Positions 1 to 9,900 of a stretch of 64,000 nucleotides of DNA are shown one piece after another. The position numbers and the translations under genes are program-made. How positions within the stretch are numbered: position 1 is the first letter of the stretch; each line of letters starts with the position of its first letter. The notes under the pieces were generated by a model. That model ran no database searches and was not told the DNA's origin. It saw nothing but the letters and a program-made list of their open reading frames with translations. Source of the DNA: an uncultured Phycisphaerales bacterium (GTDB lineage: Bacteria; Planctomycetota; Phycisphaerae; Phycisphaerales; SM1A02); contig CALKEP010000004.1 in assembly GCA_938084645.1 (NCBI GenBank), forward strand, positions 1 to 64,000, read 5' to 3'.

Positions 1-3000
1 CTCCTCGACGTCCCCGGCGAGCTGGGCCGCCGGGGAGTAGCCCCGCCAGAACGCGTTCGCGTCGCCCGGATCGCTTCCGAGACCGGACCAGCCGGTGTAG
101 GTGTCGTTGTAGACGAGCCGGCTCATGTGCGGCAGGGTCCGCAGCACCTCGGGGCTCGCGGTGTTGAGGTTGAGCACCCCACGGGTGCCGTCACCGGAGA
201 AGCCGCCCGCGTTGCCGTAGCGGGCATCCTCGATCGCGAGCAGTTCGACCGCCTCGAGCGAGCCGCTTCGATCGAGATCGAGTCGGTAGTTCGCGCCGGG
301 GCCGTCACAGACCAGCCCGTCGAAGATCGAGAGTCCCGCGGGAAGCATCGGGGTCCACGGCGCGTCGACCGCTGCGACCTCCACCACCTGGGTGAAGGGC
401 CGGAAGGAATCGACCGCGGCGGTGGCCGGCGCGGTGAGATTGCCCGGCGTCGGTCGGTACCGGTTCGTGAAGATGCCGCTCGCGTTCGCGACCCCGACGT
501 CGTCGAGGTACTCGCGCGGGGCGACGGGAATCACGTCGTCCTCGTCGCCGGTGCTGTTCATCAGCTCACCGAAGGTGAAGATCGTCTGCAGCAGCGGCAG
601 GCCGTTGTAGGACTGCGGCGAGGTCACGCCCGGACGATGCCGGATCGCGTGGCCCCAGAGGAAGGCGTTCGCGATCTCGCCCACCTGCTCGTAGTCCGCG
701 TCCTTCTGGAGCATCTGCAGCGGGTAGGCCCACTGGTCCTTCTCCAGCCAGACCCGCTGGTAGTTCTCGAGCCCGTCGTCGACGCCGTTGCCGTTGCTGT
801 CCGCCCCGGTGGTCGTCCCGCTCCGAGCTCCCGGAAGCACCTCGTCCGGCGCCTGCCCCTTGTCCATCAGGACCCAGCGGTAGGCGGTCGCGTCACGGCC
901 GGGCCAGACGCCGTTGTTGCTCAGACGGACCGAACCGTCGGCGAGCACCGGATAGCCGGCGTCGAAGTCGATGGTCGGCGAGCCGCCGACCCCGACCAGC
1001 GCGGTCGAGGTCGAGAAGTTCACGGGCTTGCCGCGCACCGACTCGAAGTCGAGCCCGGTGCCGGTCGCGCGGGTCGCGAGCGGCAGCAGGTAGGACCGGG
1101 TGAGCCACGGGCTGTTCGCGGGGCCGCCGACGTCCGGATCCTGCTCGAAGTCGATGGTGTCGCCCTTGACCTGGGTGGAGCCGGTGCTCACCTCGACCGC
1201 GTCGACCTCGGTCTTGATCCAGTCGTCCTCGGGGATCTCCGCGTAGATGTAGCGGGGATTCACCTCGGTCATGTCGTAGACGCCGTTGCGGTTGACGTCC
1301 CAGCCCCAGGGCCGGCCGGCCCGGACCCAGCTCACGAAGAAGTCGTCTCCTTCGAGCCGGATGCCGTTCCATTCACGACGATCGTTGCTGTTCAGGTCGA
1401 AGACGTAGTCCTGTTCCATGGTCGGCGCGAAGTCCTCGTCGACCAGCCGTTCGATCTGGTCGATGAACTCGATCTTCTCGCCGGTCTGCTCGTTGTCGAG
1501 CCGGTCGATCGCGTAGAGGTAGCCCGTGCCGGTGTTCAACGGGTTCTGCACGAACTTCAGGAGTTCGACCGACTGCTGCGGGTCGTCGAACCAGGTGTCG
1601 GGATTCGCGGAAAGGACCGGCGGCAGTGCCGGCACGATCGGGGTTCCGGGCGCGGTCGGATCGGTGCGGCGGAAGGAACGCGGCGAGGCGTCGAACACCA
1701 GGGTCTGGTGTTCGTTCATCGCGAGGCCGGGCTCCCAGCCGAAGAGGTTGCCGGGCTGGAGGTCGAGGAAGTCGGTCCACTTGGCGTGGAACTCCTCGAA
1801 GGTGAACCCGAAGTTGTATTCGAACGAGTTGGGATCGCTGCCGTCCGCGGTGTTGAAGCCGGGCGGAATGATTCCGTAGACGATCGCGGTGCGCGGCGCG
1901 TCGGGCCGGGTGGGCCCGAGGAAGAGCTCGCCGGGCCGGTAGTAGGGCTGCGAACGATCCGCCACGCCCTGCGGATGCGGGCTGGGAAGTCGGGCCAGGT
2001 CGAGGGATCGGGGATTGTCGCCGATCCGGATCCGAATGTCGTGAAGCGGCACCGGCTCCTCGTAGGGGTTCGCGATCTGGATCGCGAAGACGATCGCGGG
2101 TTCGCTCTCGCGGTCGACCCACTGGTCGCCGGCGTCGCGGAAACCCTGCGGGATCTCGTCCTCGCCCGCGTCGGGGGCGTCGCTGTCGGGATCGAGGCCC
2201 TGGCTGAGCAGGTACTGCCGATAGTCGGGATCGTTCTCGAGCTGGTTGGCGATGCCGTTGGTGATCCGGCTCTTCGGGTACACCAGGGCGAAGAAGCTCT
2301 CCATGATGAAGGGCTGCTTCTCCATGCCCGGGAAGGTCAGGTTGCGGAGGTCCTGGTCGATCGCCCCGAGGTCGCCTTCGATGCCCAGCGGCACCCGCGG
2401 GGCCCAGTCGGGGTAGATCGGCTGGTCGACGACCTCGAGCTCCAGGACCGTTCCCGGACCGGTGGCGTCGGCGTAGTTGAAGGTGTTCGCGAAGCGAAGC
2501 CGATCGTCCCGGTTGGTGTCGATGTTCGCGGCCCAGCTCGCGGCGAGCAGCTGCGTCTTGAGATACGCGTTCTGGTTCTCGGTCACCCCGGCGTAGTTGC
2601 TGCCGAGATAGCTCTGGGTGTAGTTGGTGCCGTCGGCGCTGTCGCGGAACAGGCCGGACAACGCGGTCGCGAAGGTCTCCTGCAGCTCCTGGCGGAACAG
2701 GTAGGACCGATCGAGTTCGACGCGGAAGGCGAAGTCGCCGCCGATCAGCGGCGGCCAGACGCCCGGATAGAGTTCCCCGCTCCCGTTCGCGGCGGCGACG
2801 TTGAACGGATCGTTGAACGCGCCGCTGTAGAGCAGGGATTCGAGTTCGGTGATCGGCGCGTCGAGGGCCGAACCACGCAGGTCGAGCTTGCGCTTCCGCT
2901 GATCGAACGCGAGCTGGTTGGTGGTGGGATCGGGATCGCCGCTCGCACCTCGAAGCCGGTTGAAGGCGTAGTCGTAGGTCGAGTCGTAGAGCGCGGTCGG

Positions 3001-5130
3001 GCGGAGGTGCAGCGGCCGGAGATCGTTGCGGACCGCGTTGTAGGTGGTCACCCGATGCCGGTTGTCGCGCAGCAGCTGGTCGGCGGAGAGCTGGTCGCCG
3101 ATCGCGGCCCCGGCGGTGGGCGGCCAGGGACCGTTGGAATTCGAGTCGAAGTAGTCGAGGAAGTTCTCGACCGACTCCGACCGGGCCAGCGTCGAACGGA
3201 ACGGGTTGCGCTCCCGCTGCCAGGGCCGGTTGACGGTCCGCTCGAAGGCGGAGACCACCGGGCCGTAGTTGCTGCCGCTGAACATGCGGAGCTCGAGTTC
3301 GTCCGAATCGGTGAAGCCCCGGGGCGGGACGTTCCGGACCCGCCAGTCCTCGACCAGCAAGGGCTGTCCGAAGTCGTCGGTGCGCCGCACGAAGACGCCG
3401 CTCTCGGTCTGGCGACGTCGGAAGTAGCGGCGACGGTCGAAGCGGGCGCGGCCCGGGTCGCCGTCACCGAAGGCGACCAGCAGCGATCGATACGGCTGTT
3501 CGAGGGCCTCGTACCCGGTGGGCCCGAAGTTCTGGTTCATGACGCCGGTCTGACGCAGCCAGGTACGGGCTTCGCTGGTCGAATCACCGAAGAGCAGCGG
3601 GTCGTACTGGGTCGAGAGCGTCTCGGGACCGCCGAAGATCTCGGCCTGATACTGGTACGCGGTGTCGTACTGGTAGGTGAAATTCCACGGCGTGCCCGGC
3701 CAGGTGTTCTGCGGATCGCTGAAGAGCCCGGTCCAGGTGTCTTCGGTGTCGTAGACCGACGCGTTGTCGCCGAAGGCGGTCGCCTGATACTGCGGCTGGA
3801 CCAGCCGGCTCGACAGGGCGAGGTCGGCGGGCGTCTGGCCCGCGGTGCTCCAGCGGTCGAACCGGGTGGCGACGTTGACGTCGACCATCGAGGCGTTGTC
3901 GACGATCGAGACCGCCGCGACCTGTCGCACGCCGTCCTCGCTGGTTCCGGGCAGCAGGAACCAGAACGAATCGGTGAAGCCGTCGCCGTCGGCGTCGGCG
4001 AGCGTGCGACCGACCACGTTGCGGTCGGTGCCGACCACGAACTCCTCCCGCTTCGGACCGAGGTCGTTCAGGCGGATGAAGTTCGGCAGTGGACCGCGGG
4101 CGGTGTCACCGAGCACCGCGGCGAAGTGGTCGGCGGGCGGGCCGAACCAGTCGGTGCGGCGGGAGAGGAAGTCTCCGACGCCGTTGTAGGGCCCCGGGAC
4201 CACGCCGGGGAGCCACTGCTCGTAGGGCGTCTGCAGGGCGACGGGCTCGCCGAAGAGTCCGTACTCGGTGGTTCCCTCACGGACCAGATCCGACGAGGTC
4301 GTCGTGATCGTGAAGCCGGCGTCCGCGCGGAAGGTCGGGTTTGCGGGATCGGAGTTCGCGTTGAAGGACGCGACGTTGGCGATGTCGAAGCAGACCCGCC
4401 AGCCATTCTCGGCGGTCGCCGGCCACGAGAGGTGACTGAAGTGGGTGAAGCCGGTGGCGTTCACCTGGTTGTCGAAGCCCAGCCAGCCGTTCGCGTCGTA
4501 CGCCCGCTGCGGCTCGGTCGACCGGAGCCAGCGGGTGTCCGCGAAGCCGGGGTTGCCGACGGGGTTCGAATCACCGATGACCAGCCCACGCGCGTCGTAG
4601 ACGGTGCCGTTCGGGGCGCCGGGGCCGAAGACCGCGGCGTTGCCCTGGGTGTCGGGCCAGTTGGTCCACGCCTTGGTCTCGTACGGCGCGAAGTTGTACG
4701 GGGCGATCGGGGCGCCGTTGAAGGTCTGCGGATCGACCATGTAGCGGTCGAGCTTCTGGCCGAGCCAGAACGGACGCGAGAGCCGGGGCGTGCTGGAGGT
4801 GGCGACGCCGCTGCCGCTCGCGACCATCGGGTCGTTGCCGGCGTCGACGAGCTTCGGGAAGAGGTTCGACGCGATCTCGTTCGCCACCACCCCCACCGCG
4901 AGCTGCGAGCGGTCCTCCCGATCGATCGCCTTGCGCTGGGCGGCGGCGATCACGCGACCGCCCTGGGCGCGGGTGATGTACGCGGTGGCGATGATCACCA
5001 GCAGCACGAGAATCGCGGTGACCAGCACCAGCGTGTTGCCGCGACGACGGTTTCGGTCCATCCGGCGCGCCGGGCGGAATGCGGGACGGAGGACGTCTCG
5101 TTCGGTTCGGTTCACGAGTCGATGGTTCAT
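1..5130 (-). CDS. Giant GspK/PilX-like minor (pseudo)pilin or tip protein, >=1710 aa, 3' end beyond the window
   Basis: Not in the ORF track because no stop is reached in the window. ATG at 5130, 3 nt after the upstream gene's stop. N-terminus ...RRRG/NTLVLVTAILVLLVIIATAY is a class III-like signal lacking Glu5. Later DADGDGFTDSFW...VSIVDNASMVDVNVA resembles the GspK I-x-D-x4-N-x-N segment. Confidence 0.8.
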   Translation of the reverse strand, partial: MNHRLVNRTERDVLRPAFRPARRMDRNRRRGNTLVLVTAILVLLVIIATAYITRAQGGRVIAAAQRKAIDREDRSQLAVGVVANEIASNLFPKLVDAGNDPMVASGSGVATSSTPRLSRPFWLGQKLDRYMVDPQTFNGAPIAPYNFAPYETKAWTNWPDTQGNAAVFGPGAPNGTVYDARGLVIGDSNPVGNPGFADTRWLRSTEPQRAYDANGWLGFDNQVNATGFTHFSHLSWPATAENGWRVCFDIANVASFNANSDPANPTFRADAGFTITTTSSDLVREGTTEYGLFGEPVALQTPYEQWLPGVVPGPYNGVGDFLSRRTDWFGPPADHFAAVLGDTARGPLPNFIRLNDLGPKREEFVVGTDRNVVGRTLADADGDGFTDSFWFLLPGTSEDGVRQVAAVSIVDNASMVDVNVATRFDRWSTAGQTPADLALSSRLVQPQYQATAFGDNASVYDTEDTWTGLFSDPQNTWPGTPWNFTYQYDTAYQYQAEIFGGPETLSTQYDPLLFGDSTSEARTWLRQTGVMNQNFGPTGYEALEQPYRSLLVAFGDGDPGRARFDRRRYFRRRQTESGVFVRRTDDFGQPLLVEDWRVRNVPPRGFTDSDELELRMFSGSNYGPVVSAFERTVNRPWQRERNPFRSTLARSESVENFLDYFDSNSNGPWPPTAGAAIGDQLSADQLLRDNRHRVTTYNAVRNDLRPLHLRPTALYDSTYDYAFNRLRGASGDPDPTTNQLAFDQRKRKLDLRGSALDAPITELESLLYSGAFNDPFNVAAANGSGELYPGVWPPLIGGDFAFRVELDRSYLFRQELQETFATALSGLFRDSADGTNYTQSYLGSNYAGVTENQNAYLKTQLLAASWAANIDTNRDDRLRFANTFNYADATGPGTVLELEVVDQPIYPDWAPRVPLGIEGDLGAIDQDLRNLTFPGMEKQPFIMESFFALVYPKSRITNGIANQLENDPDYRQYLLSQGLDPDSDAPDAGEDEIPQGFRDAGDQWVDRESEPAIVFAIQIANPYEEPVPLHDIRIRIGDNPRSLDLARLPSPHPQGVADRSQPYYRPGELFLGPTRPDAPRTAIVYGIIPPGFNTADGSDPNSFEYNFGFTFEEFHAKWTDFLDLQPGNLFGWEPGLAMNEHQTLVFDASPRSFRRTDPTAPGTPIVPALPPVLSANPDTWFDDPQQSVELLKFVQNPLNTGTGYLYAIDRLDNEQTGEKIEFIDQIERLVDEDFAPTMEQDYVFDLNSNDRREWNGIRLEGDDFFVSWVRAGRPWGWDVNRNGVYDMTEVNPRYIYAEIPEDDWIKTEVDAVEVSTGSTQVKGDTIDFEQDPDVGGPANSPWLTRSYLLPLATRATGTGLDFESVRGKPVNFSTSTALVGVGGSPTIDFDAGYPVLADGSVRLSNNGVWPGRDATAYRWVLMDKGQAPDEVLPGARSGTTTGADSNGNGVDDGLENYQRVWLEKDQWAYPLQMLQKDADYEQVGEIANAFLWGHAIRHRPGVTSPQSYNGLPLLQTIFTFGELMNSTGDEDDVIPVAPREYLDDVGVANASGIFTNRYRPTPGNLTAPATAAVDSFRPFTQVVEVAAVDAPWTPMLPAGLSIFDGLVCDGPGANYRLDLDRSGSLEAVELLAIEDARYGNAGGFSGDGTRGVLNLNTASPEVLRTLPHMSRLVYNDTYTGWSGLGSDPGDANAFWRGYSPAAQLAGDVEE

Positions 5131-5133
5131 GGA

Positions 5134-6825
5134 TCAGTCCTCCGGAAGGTCCTGCACCCGCTTCGGAAGCGGGATCGTGAACTGCACGAGTCGACCGCCC
5201 TCGATCGCATCTCGGTTGTCGTGGAAGGTGGCGGTGATCCGCAGGGCGGACGGCCACGGGGTGTAGTCGGTGCGGTAGACCGGCCACGGTTCGCCACCCG
5301 CCGCGGCGGCGGTGATCGGTCGACCGGAACCGTCGCGGATGAACGGTTCCTTGCCGTTCAGCCCGAAGAACGCCCGGTAGCGATAGACCGGCACCGAGGT
5401 GCCGAACGGCTGGTCGACGACCGACCCGCCCGCCCCGCCGATGCCTTCGATGGTCGACACCGCCTGCGGGAAGAAGCTCTCGACGGTCGAGTCGGGAAAG
5501 AAGTCGAATCCGGGCGGCTGCTGGCCGCCGAGGATCTGGTTCCCGGGGTGGTAGGCGAGCGGTGCGTGCAGCCGGACCTCGCGGTCGTAGAAGGACCCGC
5601 CGAGATACGCCGACGCGAAGGTCACGTCGAGATTCGGGTTGCCGGAATCGGCGCTGTTGTCCGCGAAGCCGAACCACGGCTGGGGCAGCGACGACTCGAC
5701 GACCTCGGCCGGTTCGTTGCCGACCCCCGGCCGGAAGCCGCCACGGTGCGAGACGCCGCGGAGGATCCCCGCGAAGTTGCTCTGCGGGTCGAAGTCGAGC
5801 TCCAGCTCGCGGCCCACGCCGTCCGACCAGGTCCAGTCGATCACGAAGTTCGAGCAGTTCCCGGCGAGGACGCTGGTGGTGAGAAGGACGTCGCTCTTGT
5901 CGAGGGTGGGCGGCCGCTTCTCCGCCCGCGGGCGGTAGTTCAGGAGCGTGTTGACCACGCCGTCGGGACCGAGGTTCCGGATCGACTCCCGGAGCCGTCC
6001 CATGTCGGTACCCACCACGTCGACCCGCGATGCCTCCATCGCGTCGTCGAAGATCGCCTCCGCCGAATTCCGGTTCGCGGGCGAGGACAGGAAGTTTCGG
6101 AGGTTGCCCTGTCCGTCGTCGGCCATCAGGGTCTCCTGACGGGCGAGGGTCCAGTCGGTGGCGTCGGGCTGGGCGCCGTTGTACTGGCCGGGCAGCGCCG
6201 TCCCCTGCGGCCAGCGCTGCAGTTCGACCCGGGCCGAGGTGTCGGCGGGCGACGGTCGGAACCAGGGCTGGATGTTGTAGGAGGGATCGACGTCCGCGGT
6301 CACACCGAGGTTCTTGGGCAGGAACGGGAACTGCACGCCGTGACCGTAGTAGACGATGCTCGCGGTCGACTGCGGAGTGGGCGACGTCTCGCCGGTGTAG
6401 AACCCGTTCGCGTTCTCGATGAACGCGCCCATGGTCTGGGTCTGTCGACTGATCGCGAGATCGTCGGCCACGAAGGCGAGCTGGTCGGCGCGGAAGATGT
6501 GGCCGGCGGGCTTCGTCGGATCGAGCAGCGGGCCGCCGTTGACGACGGTGTTCACGTCGTTCCGGACCCCGATGCACTGGATGATCATGAATCCTTCGTC
6601 GGAGATCCGGGCGAGGTCGTTGCGGATCAGCTGCTCGACCGCGGCGGCCTCCTGGAGGATGTCCGCGTTCGCCTCGCCGTTCTTCACCACGGTGCTCGCG
6701 GTGCCGAAGATCCGCCCCACCGCGAGGATGATCACGAGCAGCACCACGATCGCGACCAGCAGCTCGGTGAGCGTGAAGCCCCGGCGGCGGTCGTCGGCAT
6801 CGGAATGGACGGGTCTGGTCGTCAT
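5134..6825 (-). CDS. Prepilin-type N-methylation protein, GspJ/PilW position, ~563 aa
   Basis: MTTRPVHSDADDRRRG/FTLTELLVAIVVLLVIILAV. Start reassigned to ATG 6825, which overlaps the upstream stop (TGATG). Confidence 0.85.
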   Translation of the reverse strand: MTTRPVHSDADDRRRGFTLTELLVAIVVLLVIILAVGRIFGTASTVVKNGEANADILQEAAAVEQLIRNDLARISDEGFMIIQCIGVRNDVNTVVNGGPLLDPTKPAGHIFRADQLAFVADDLAISRQTQTMGAFIENANGFYTGETSPTPQSTASIVYYGHGVQFPFLPKNLGVTADVDPSYNIQPWFRPSPADTSARVELQRWPQGTALPGQYNGAQPDATDWTLARQETLMADDGQGNLRNFLSSPANRNSAEAIFDDAMEASRVDVVGTDMGRLRESIRNLGPDGVVNTLLNYRPRAEKRPPTLDKSDVLLTTSVLAGNCSNFVIDWTWSDGVGRELELDFDPQSNFAGILRGVSHRGGFRPGVGNEPAEVVESSLPQPWFGFADNSADSGNPNLDVTFASAYLGGSFYDREVRLHAPLAYHPGNQILGGQQPPGFDFFPDSTVESFFPQAVSTIEGIGGAGGSVVDQPFGTSVPVYRYRAFFGLNGKEPFIRDGSGRPITAAAAGGEPWPVYRTDYTPWPSALRITATFHDNRDAIEGGRLVQFTIPLPKRVQDLPED

Positions 6826-8174
6826 CAAAGATCCCTCACCGAGACGTAGACGGGCGTGAGCGTGATGCCGCGTCGATCGACGGGCGGCACGTACCAGAGC
6901 GAACGAACCTGATCGGTCGCGGCCTGGATCACCGCGGGATCGCTGATCGGACCGCTCTCGTCGAGCGCCGGATTCCAGAGCGCCGTGCTCGGCGCCTGTT
7001 GCGGGATCGGCCGCGTCAATCGCACCGGGCCCTGTCGCTTGTTGCGTCGCCCCTGGGAGACGCGGTGGATCCGACCGTATGGATCGAGCAGCCACTGGCC
7101 CGGCGCCTGCCAGCCCTCGAAGTACGTGTCGAGGGTGGGGTCGGGTTCGTTGAACTGCGCATCGGTGTTCTTGACGGTGACCCGTTCGTAGTCGTCGAGC
7201 GACGGCGGGGCATCGGGGGTCGGGTCGTTCCCGAACGGATCAAGGGCTCGATAGAGCGTCCCGGAGACCGGCATCGGGAAGTCGGCCCGGGCCGGCATCG
7301 ATGGCCGGGTCGACTCCCGGTCGTAGGCGTCGTTGCCTTCATCCGCGGCGACCGCATAGCCACCGGCGGCGCCACCGACGTTCACCCGGTAGACGAAGAT
7401 CGCCACCTGGACGCGGCCCTGGAAGCGGCGGAACATGCAGTCCCACGCGTACTGAGGGCGATCTCGTCCGGTCTCGTAACCGGTGCCGGCGGGCCAGAAG
7501 CGTTCCTCCTGGGTGACGGTGACCAGCGGATCCTCGCCGAACCCGAAGAAGTCGAACTTCGATCGGTTGAACGGAATGCCGTAGAGGAACGCGCCGGTGT
7601 CGCCATCATTGAAACCTGAACCGAACACCGGGAAGCCGCCGGCGATGCTGAGCTCGGTCGTCTTCCCGATCGTCCAGTCGAGGTTCGAGTTCGACGGATA
7701 CGCCGGTGCGAAACTCGAGGCCCGGGCGAAGCGGGCGCTGAAGAGATCGATGTCGCCGAAGTAGTCGCGGGCGTCGGCCGCCGCGCCATCGGGGACCACC
7801 GCCATCGATGGTCGGAGCCACGGCCAGTCCCCGACCTGCGTGTACTGGTCGCCGTCGCGGAGCCAGGTGTTCGGGAACGGCCGATCGAGCGGCGTGAACG
7901 CCGCCGGGTTCCCGATGCCGAACTCCTCGAACGTTCCGAAGTCCGACTGGCCGACCTTCGAGCGGATCGTCGAGAGGGCCGCCTCCGCGATCACCGGCCC
8001 GAGGATGTCGTCCTGGGCGCGGCGCTGCTGGACGATGCCCGCGGGGAAGACCGCGGAGATCGAGATGACCCCGACGCCGAGGATGAAGATCGCGAGCAGC
8101 AGCTCGATCAGCGAGAAGCCGCGTCGGGCCCGCGCTGCGCCCGCCGAACGGAATGACGTGTTCATGCAGCTCAT
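6825..8174 (-). CDS. Prepilin-type N-methylation protein, GspI/PilV position, ~449 aa
   Basis: ARARRG/FSLIELLLAIFILGVGVISISAVFPAG, a PilV-like N-terminus. ATGA overlap with the upstream gene. Confidence 0.85.
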   Translation of the reverse strand: MSCMNTSFRSAGAARARRGFSLIELLLAIFILGVGVISISAVFPAGIVQQRRAQDDILGPVIAEAALSTIRSKVGQSDFGTFEEFGIGNPAAFTPLDRPFPNTWLRDGDQYTQVGDWPWLRPSMAVVPDGAAADARDYFGDIDLFSARFARASSFAPAYPSNSNLDWTIGKTTELSIAGGFPVFGSGFNDGDTGAFLYGIPFNRSKFDFFGFGEDPLVTVTQEERFWPAGTGYETGRDRPQYAWDCMFRRFQGRVQVAIFVYRVNVGGAAGGYAVAADEGNDAYDRESTRPSMPARADFPMPVSGTLYRALDPFGNDPTPDAPPSLDDYERVTVKNTDAQFNEPDPTLDTYFEGWQAPGQWLLDPYGRIHRVSQGRRNKRQGPVRLTRPIPQQAPSTALWNPALDESGPISDPAVIQAATDQVRSLWYVPPVDRRGITLTPVYVSVRDL

Positions 8175-9106
8175 GGGTTCACGGTCTCCGCGACGCCGGT
8201 GTAGCGATTGAAGTAGATCGGGATGCCGAAGTCCTCGACCCAGTAGGCGATCAGGCTGTTTCGAATGTCCTCGCCGCCCTCGCCGATCCAGTTGGAATCG
8301 TCACGGGCGGTGCGAAGCTGGTCGTCGTCGTACACCGCGAGCCACTGCACCGGATGGACGTCGCATTCGTCGCCCACCGCGTCGTAGGCGACGTACTGCA
8401 GGATGCCGCCGTACCCGTAGGGGTTGATGATCTCGGGAACGCCGTTGCGGTCGATGTCGAGGTACGGCCAGACCACCGCGCCGGAACCACCGGCCCCCAT
8501 CACGTTGCGGGTGATCAGGGTGCCGTCGGGACCGAAGACGACCCCGATCTGCCGGCCGATCTCACGAGTGAAGATGTTCCCGCCCGCGGCCCGCCAGTCG
8601 CCCCCGGGCTGTGAGACCCAGATCTCATCGTCGGGCGTGCCGTTCGAACCGCCACCGACGTAGCTCGTGTTGAGCGGGCCCGCGACCTTGATGCCCCGGG
8701 GAAGTTCCACCGCGGGCAGGCCGGGGACCGGGACGTACCGCTCGTCGTACCACTGCTGGCTGTACCGGGTCGAGATCTCGCCGGTCGCCTCCGCGAGCAC
8801 GAGTTCGACCCGCTCGCCCTCGGACACCCGGTTGGGGTCGACGCTGACCACGAAGGTGAGCATGACCGTCTTGTTGTTCTGGATCGCGTAGGCCCGGGCC
8901 GCACCGAGGGCGGCGATGACCTGGTTGGACCCGCTGCTGAGCCGCGCGCCCTGACTCACCTGCCGGACGCTGATTCCGGTGAGAACCGCGAGCAGGATGA
9001 GGATGCCCATCACCACCAGCAGTTCGATGATGGTGAAGCCACGGCGCCACGCGGCGGTGGCGGCGGAGACCTCGAAGCCCTGATTTCGGCGGCGGATCCT
9101 GTGCAT
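8171..9106 (-). CDS. Prepilin-type protein, GspH/FimT-like, ~311 aa
   Basis: WRRG/FTIIELLVVMGILILLAVL, then the FimT/GspH-like helix IAALGAARAYAI and VVFGPDG. Start reassigned to ATG 9106. Confidence 0.85.
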   Translation of the reverse strand: MHRIRRRNQGFEVSAATAAWRRGFTIIELLVVMGILILLAVLTGISVRQVSQGARLSSGSNQVIAALGAARAYAIQNNKTVMLTFVVSVDPNRVSEGERVELVLAEATGEISTRYSQQWYDERYVPVPGLPAVELPRGIKVAGPLNTSYVGGGSNGTPDDEIWVSQPGGDWRAAGGNIFTREIGRQIGVVFGPDGTLITRNVMGAGGSGAVVWPYLDIDRNGVPEIINPYGYGGILQYVAYDAVGDECDVHPVQWLAVYDDDQLRTARDDSNWIGEGGEDIRNSLIAYWVEDFGIPIYFNRYTGVAETVNP

Positions 9107-9900
9107 CACCGGGCCTCCGGGGTGTAGGAGTAGATGTTGTCGAGCGTCGCCTCGAAACGAGGCGAGGAACCTCCGGCGCAGTCCAGGCAGCCGATGTCGC
9201 CGTCCGGACCCGGGCTCACGAAGAGCGGCTTGCCGTTCCGGCAGATCCCGAGCTTGGACTCGATCGAGGTCCGGATGGTGCCGTCCGAGTCGATCTCGAG
9301 ATTCCCCTGATCGCTGTCCCGCCACTTCCGCCCGGGCATCACGAGCGCCACGGTCGCGCCCCACGGATCGACCAGGGTCGTCAGGCTCTGGTTGTTGGGG
9401 AGCGGCAGGCCGTTCGAGAGTCGGACCGGGAGGAAGAGCGCCGGATCGAGCTTGGCGATGATCTCCTCCGAGGACTGGGTGCGGGCCATCAACTGGAAGA
9501 GCCGGACGATCGCCTTCTCCCAGCCGTGTGCATCGCCGGTCGCGGCGCAGATGCAGGCCTCCCCCGCGCCGTTCGCGCCGTAGAAGCCCTCGAGGGCGTT
9601 GATGCCGAAGTCGATGTTGTACGGAATGTCGAACGAACCACGCACGGTCTGCTCGGACCGGTCCTGATAGGTGAGCGGTCGACCGACGACCTGTTCGTAC
9701 TCCAGCACCGCCGAGTCGAGCGTCGCGAACGCCGCTTCGAGCTGCCGCGCCTCGTTGGCCTGGATCAGCAGGGTGCTCACCGCGAGGACGAGGGAGATCA
9801 GGGTGATGATCACCCCCACCACCACCACGAGTTCGATGAGGCTGAAGCCGCCGCGACGACGGACCGCGGTGCGGGCGTGGATGCTGGTCGACTGGATCAC
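9106..9900 (-). CDS. Prepilin-type protein with GspG-like C-terminal motifs, 264 aa
   Basis: RRRGG/FSLIELVVVVGVII; LVDPWG...FVSPGPDG...DNI resemble the GspG DPWG / S-x-GPDG / DDI motifs. Confidence 0.85.
   Translation of the reverse strand: MIQSTSIHARTAVRRRGGFSLIELVVVVGVIITLISLVLAVSTLLIQANEARQLEAAFATLDSAVLEYEQVVGRPLTYQDRSEQTVRGSFDIPYNIDFGINALEGFYGANGAGEACICAATGDAHGWEKAIVRLFQLMARTQSSEEIIAKLDPALFLPVRLSNGLPLPNNQSLTTLVDPWGATVALVMPGRKWRDSDQGNLEIDSDGTIRTSIESKLGICRNGKPLFVSPGPDGDIGCLDCAGGSSPRFEATLDNIYSYTPEAR

Noticed and set aside
127..6849. 2240-aa plus-strand ORF
   Set aside because: Antisense shadow in the same codon register as the two minus-strand pilin genes. It is R/V/G-rich with no motifs, as expected from GC-biased codon usage.
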